Source of the DNA: Methanotrichaceae archaeon
GTDB taxonomy: Archaea; Halobacteriota; Methanosarcinia; Methanotrichales; Methanotrichaceae
Assembly (NCBI GenBank): GCA_963754945.1
Contig: CAVWIG010000021.1
Location: 43,010-107,009 of the forward strand
DNA length: 64,000 nucleotides
Direction: 5' to 3'
Both the position numbers and the translations under genes were made by a program. Under the pieces are notes generated by a model. It was not told the origin of the DNA, made no database searches, and saw only the letters and a list, made by a program, of their open reading frames with translations. The first letter of the stretch is position 1, and each line of letters starts with the position of its first letter. Below are positions 60,221 to 64,000 of this stretch, one piece after another.

Positions 60221-61505
60221 GAGAGTTTCGAAAAACTAATCAATCGAAATACTTATATACTATTAATACTATAATATAATGCATGAGGACTCTCATTGAT
60301 TTTGCCATTCGAGCAGAATATGCTCGAGTAAAAGCCCTCGGAGATGATCTATCCGAGATCGGATCGTTGATCAATTGGGAGCGTTTCAGATTTTTGGAAC
60401 CATTGATATACAAAAATAAAACTAGCCGCGGAGGTCGTCCGAACATTGACATCGTGATTATGGTGAAAGCTCTCGTAATTCAGCATTGGTTTGGTCTAAC
60501 AGATCCAGAACTGGAGCGACAGGTTGCGGATAGGATCTCTTTTCGTATTTTCCTTGGCACCACTGAAGTAATTCCTGATTTCAGCACAGTTTGGCTATTC
60601 CGTGAACGTTTGATTAAGTGCGACGTATACGATGATCTTTGGAATGAGCTTCAAAGGCAGCTCGATGAGATGGGGTTTACTGTAAAGAATGGCACTATCC
60701 AGGATGCAACCTTCATAACTTCGGACCCAGGTCGGAAGAGGAACAAGAAAGACGAGCAAGGCGGGGACAAAAAGGAAGGTCAAGATTCCGAAGCCACCAG
60801 TACGAGCCTGAATCAGGAGTTTGATAAAGAGCTAATTGGTATTTCAAATAATATTATTGATGACAAGGCCAAACCACAGAGACTCGAAGAAGAGCCAATA
60901 AATGAGGGAAGTTGGGCAAAAAAGGGTGTCAAATCCTTTTTCGGATATAAAGGTCATATCTCAATCGATACCAATTACCACCTTATCAGATATTTTGAGA
61001 CTACAACTGCTTCTGTACACGATAGTCAGGTAGATCTTGGAATTGAAGGGCTACCACGTTACGCCGATAAGGGATATGATGGTGCAAAAACTCGAGGATA
61101 TGATGCAGCCATGAAAAAAGCTACAAGAGGTCACAAGCTTGGAATCATAGATCTTCTGAGGAATAAGAGAATCAGTAAAACGCGATCGCACATCGAAAGA
61201 TGCTTCGCTGTTATGAAGCGGGGGCATAAGGGAGCACATGTTTATGTAACAACTGTCGCAAGAGCTGGAGTAAAATTCATGATGAATTCGGTCGTTTACA
61301 ACCTGGAACAGTTGAAATATTTAGTGCATAAACAAACAGCCTAGCGGAAGCTCTCTAAAAAAGCGCAAAAATTAGAAACAACAAGGTAAATTGAAATCTA
61401 ATAAGCCAATTTAGGGGTGAAATATGCTAAAAAACCACTATAAAGATTGAAAATATTAACGCAAGAATTTAAGGCTTCATTAACCAACACTAAATCGAAA
61501 CCCTC
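60221..61505 (+). mobile_element. IS5-family insertion sequence, copy 3 (1285 bp)
   Basis: Same TIRs as copies 1 and 2, with 4-bp TSD ATAA (60217-60220 and 61506-61509). Confidence 0.96.
60283..61344 (+). CDS. IS5-family DDE transposase
   Basis: Protein identical to the other two copies. Confidence 0.95.
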   Translation: MRTLIDFAIRAEYARVKALGDDLSEIGSLINWERFRFLEPLIYKNKTSRGGRPNIDIVIMVKALVIQHWFGLTDPELERQVADRISFRIFLGTTEVIPDFSTVWLFRERLIKCDVYDDLWNELQRQLDEMGFTVKNGTIQDATFITSDPGRKRNKKDEQGGDKKEGQDSEATSTSLNQEFDKELIGISNNIIDDKAKPQRLEEEPINEGSWAKKGVKSFFGYKGHISIDTNYHLIRYFETTTASVHDSQVDLGIEGLPRYADKGYDGAKTRGYDAAMKKATRGHKLGIIDLLRNKRISKTRSHIERCFAVMKRGHKGAHVYVTTVARAGVKFMMNSVVYNLEQLKYLVHKQTA

Positions 61506-62274
61506 ATAAGTAAAAGGGGAAGGCGCTGTGGTGTCGGTTCGTTCGATAGTACCGTCACCAGTGAAGTCCCACTGCCATTTGGTTATGGATTTGCTGGTCC
61601 AAAGAGCTGCGTTGGTAAAGGTCACAGTCAAGGGGGAACAGCCGCTCGTCGGAGTAGCAGTGAAGTCTGCTTTGGAGCCCTGGGCTGTAATATAATTAGT
61701 CCTTGTCTTGGTGTTCGTTCCGTATGAAGTTGTCACCTTTAGAGTCACAGTGTAAGTGCCAGGAGTGGTGTAAGTATATGTAAACGGGCCTGGTTTTGTT
61801 GTGTCAGTACGGTCGATAGCACCGTCACCGTTGAAATCCCAATCCCACTTAGTTATCGTATAGCCATTCCCGTTAGACGTGTCTGTGAAGGTTGTCGTCA
61901 GCGGAGAGCAGCCACTAAGGGGTGAGGCTGAAAAAGCGGCTGTAGGTGTGCCCAAAGCTGATACCGTCTGCGTTAATATAGAAAACTGAAGAAGTATTAG
62001 TAGAAAAGCCAACTGCAACAGAACAGCTAATTGGAAAGAAATACCCTTTTGATCGAGCCTTTTACCGTTGCAGAGCTTTGAAATCATGTGAGGGAATTCA
62101 CGTTTCGCAACTTTCTCAAGATGGCCATTCTCCTCAGGACCCTCAAAAGGATCATTTACTCGATTCTTGCTCATAATTGTAACTTGTATTATAATAAGTA
62201 ATTCATGCCGGGTTATCAGGGATCTACACGGCTCATTATAAATAAATTAGCCGCCCTTAGGCGGCCTGACAGTC

Positions 62275-63021
62275 TCAACTGGGTTTCGTAGCATTCGGAG
62301 AGGATTTATTGCAGTTAGTGCAGTTTTCTGGGTGTGTTTGGGTTACTCCTATGGATAAGCTGCCTTTGCTTTCATTCTTCTGTCCGCAGGTGGGGCAAAC
62401 AGACGGTTTAACGCCCGAAATAGCTGGAAGCTTGCCTGTTGTGCTCTTAGTTGCGGTCATGTTGACCAGCTCCATGGTAGTGACGAATTTGGCGTTCGTG
62501 GATGTGGCGTACTCGACGAAATTCTTGTATGCATCCAAGTAATCGCCTGAACCCGAAACCTGGTTGCTGAAGATCACCACAACAGGATCTCCACTTATTG
62601 CAGCATCATCGAGCTTTGCCTTCAGAATGTCAAACCACTTCGAGCCGCTGAATCCCAACACTTCCTTTGCGTAACGATCGGAGAGATTGACCTTGACTCC
62701 TGATGAGTTGTAGCTGCTGATCGGCACCGCGTATAGGTTGTATCCCGCGATGGGATAAGGCCATGTATCGTTCTTGTGACCGGGCCGGTAGAGAGTCCCG
62801 GCAAAGAATCCAGCATCGTACTGGAATCCCAGGCTCTCCAGAGCCTTGAGGGTGTCGTTGTTCTGGTCGAAGGACTGCGGTCTGAAGCCATGAATAGGAA
62901 TGACCTTACCGCCACAGATATGGCAGCTATTGATGTTCTTTTGCGCAGTTGTCAACAGATCCAGTTGTTTGGAGTAGGGCAACGTGGAGAGCTTTTCATC
63001 TTTCGTGTTTCCGTTTAAGGC
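62275..63021 (-). pseudogene. Polysaccharide deacetylase-like protein, 5' part separated by an IS insertion
   Basis: EKLSTL.YSKQ, GFRPQSF, LESLGFQYD and WPYP motifs of the NodB-like fold. The apparent ORF start lies inside the IS. Confidence 0.65.
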
Positions 63022-64000
63022 TGCTGTGTCGATTAAGCTTAAATAGTTTAAATATAAATATTGTGTCATGAACTATGTTGATAATAGAGACTGGCCAGAA
63101 TATAATGCCCAACTTGTTCGAAGAGGCGAATTCTATCTCGATTTGAGTTGTGTGAAGAACTGGAGTTGGGAATTAAGAGAAATGAATAGAAAGAAAACAG
63201 GCGCTCCATACAAATACCCTAACACTTTTATAACTTTTGCATCAATAATATACTCTTTTTTTCGAATGCCATATCGTCAACTTGAAGGATTCTTTGGACG
63301 ACTTTCGACCTATGAACCAGGATTGGTGGCGGCAGATTATACCACCCTCCATAAGCGAATCTCTAAGCAAGATCTTGGAATAGAGATACCAGAGAACGAC
63401 GCTGTTGTTGCAGTTGATTCAACTGGGATAAAGGTAACAAATAGAGGGGATTGGATGCGCGAGAAACACGGAAAGCAGCGGCGAGGATGGCTTAAAGTTC
63501 ATGTGGCAGTCGACGTTGAATCAAAGAGATTATTGTCTATGGAAGTTACAGAAGAAGATACCTCGGATAGCGAGGTTTTGCGCCCTTTGTTGAAAGACGT
63601 CAATATTGAGGAGGGGTTGATGGATGGCGCATATGACACAAACGACGCATTTGAATTTATGAAATCGAAAGGTGTAGATTGTCCAGGGATTAAGATCAGA
63701 GAGAACGCGATAGTAGGCAAAGATGCATCAGCCAGGTCAACAGCTGTTCTGGAATTCAAAAAAATGGGCTACAAGGGTTGGAAGCAAATGCATCAGTACG
63801 GTAGAAGGTGGGCAGTTGAAGGCTTTTTCTCATCGATCAAGGTATCTTTGGTGAGACGGTTCGGGCATCTTCACCAGAAGGAATGGTCGCCGAGATTAAA
63901 AGAGCATTCATTTTGTATGATATACTTAGGAGCATATAAGTAATTAGTTAAAATAAATTATGAATTCTTGAATAACGAAATAATACTATAATAATCATGC
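63022..64000 (+). mobile_element. IS5-family (IS903/ISH1-like) element; right end outside the window
   Basis: Probable left end TGCTGTGTCGATTAAG with an abrupt drop in GC, followed by a transposase. Confidence 0.75.
63068..63939 (+). CDS. IS5-family (IS903-like) transposase; 1-nt deletion near 63841
   Basis: DWPEYNAQLVRRG, YRQLEG, DYTTL, AVDSTGIK, WLKVH, DGAYD and YGRRWAVE. The shifted frame continues IFGETVRA...YDILRSI*. Confidence 0.9.

Larger units (their letters stand above)
59614..62174 (-). pseudogene. PKD-repeat surface protein interrupted by IS5 copy 3
   Basis: Removing 60217-61505 restores an in-frame ~423-aa ORF (...APSPFTY/IYSTPGTY...) with three PKD units (F.A.P.SGCSPLT..F...W.W.F...YT.PGTYTV.L). 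Confidence 0.88.

Overview
Archaeal chromosomal window from a methanogen, most likely Methanothrix/Methanotrichaceae. The evidence is cfbB/cfbC for coenzyme F430, purP, rpS17e, mptD, archaeosortase A, a Methanosarcinales-type S-layer-domain protein and a FilR1-type regulator. GC-rich housekeeping blocks (ahcY, cfbCB, glgP, purP, gpmI, pcm, artA-psd-pssA-mptD, moaA, thiD, rps17e-dapA-dapB) alternate with AT-rich accessory patches. Mobile DNA is dense: an IS200-type tnpA surrounded by four related palindromes, three near-identical IS5 copies (one carrying a nested ~120-bp MITE, one splitting a PKD surface-protein gene), and single IS630, IS701-like, IS256 and IS903-like IS5 elements. A toxin-antitoxin hotspot lies between two diverged copies of a sodium:solute symporter 3' end. 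No tRNA, rRNA or CRISPR array was recognised. Many single-base frameshifts, including one in the presumably essential cfbB, suggest sequencing indel errors. The most promising unexplained signals are the REP-like palindrome set around tnpA, the MITE and its likely partner IS, a promoter-linked three-way-junction ncRNA candidate at ~29.2 kb, a CU-loop sRNA candidate at ~52.6 kb, the duplicated cassette-like TA slot, a catalytically degenerate HisB paralog and a candidate sheath protein. All calls were made by eye, with no database searches.
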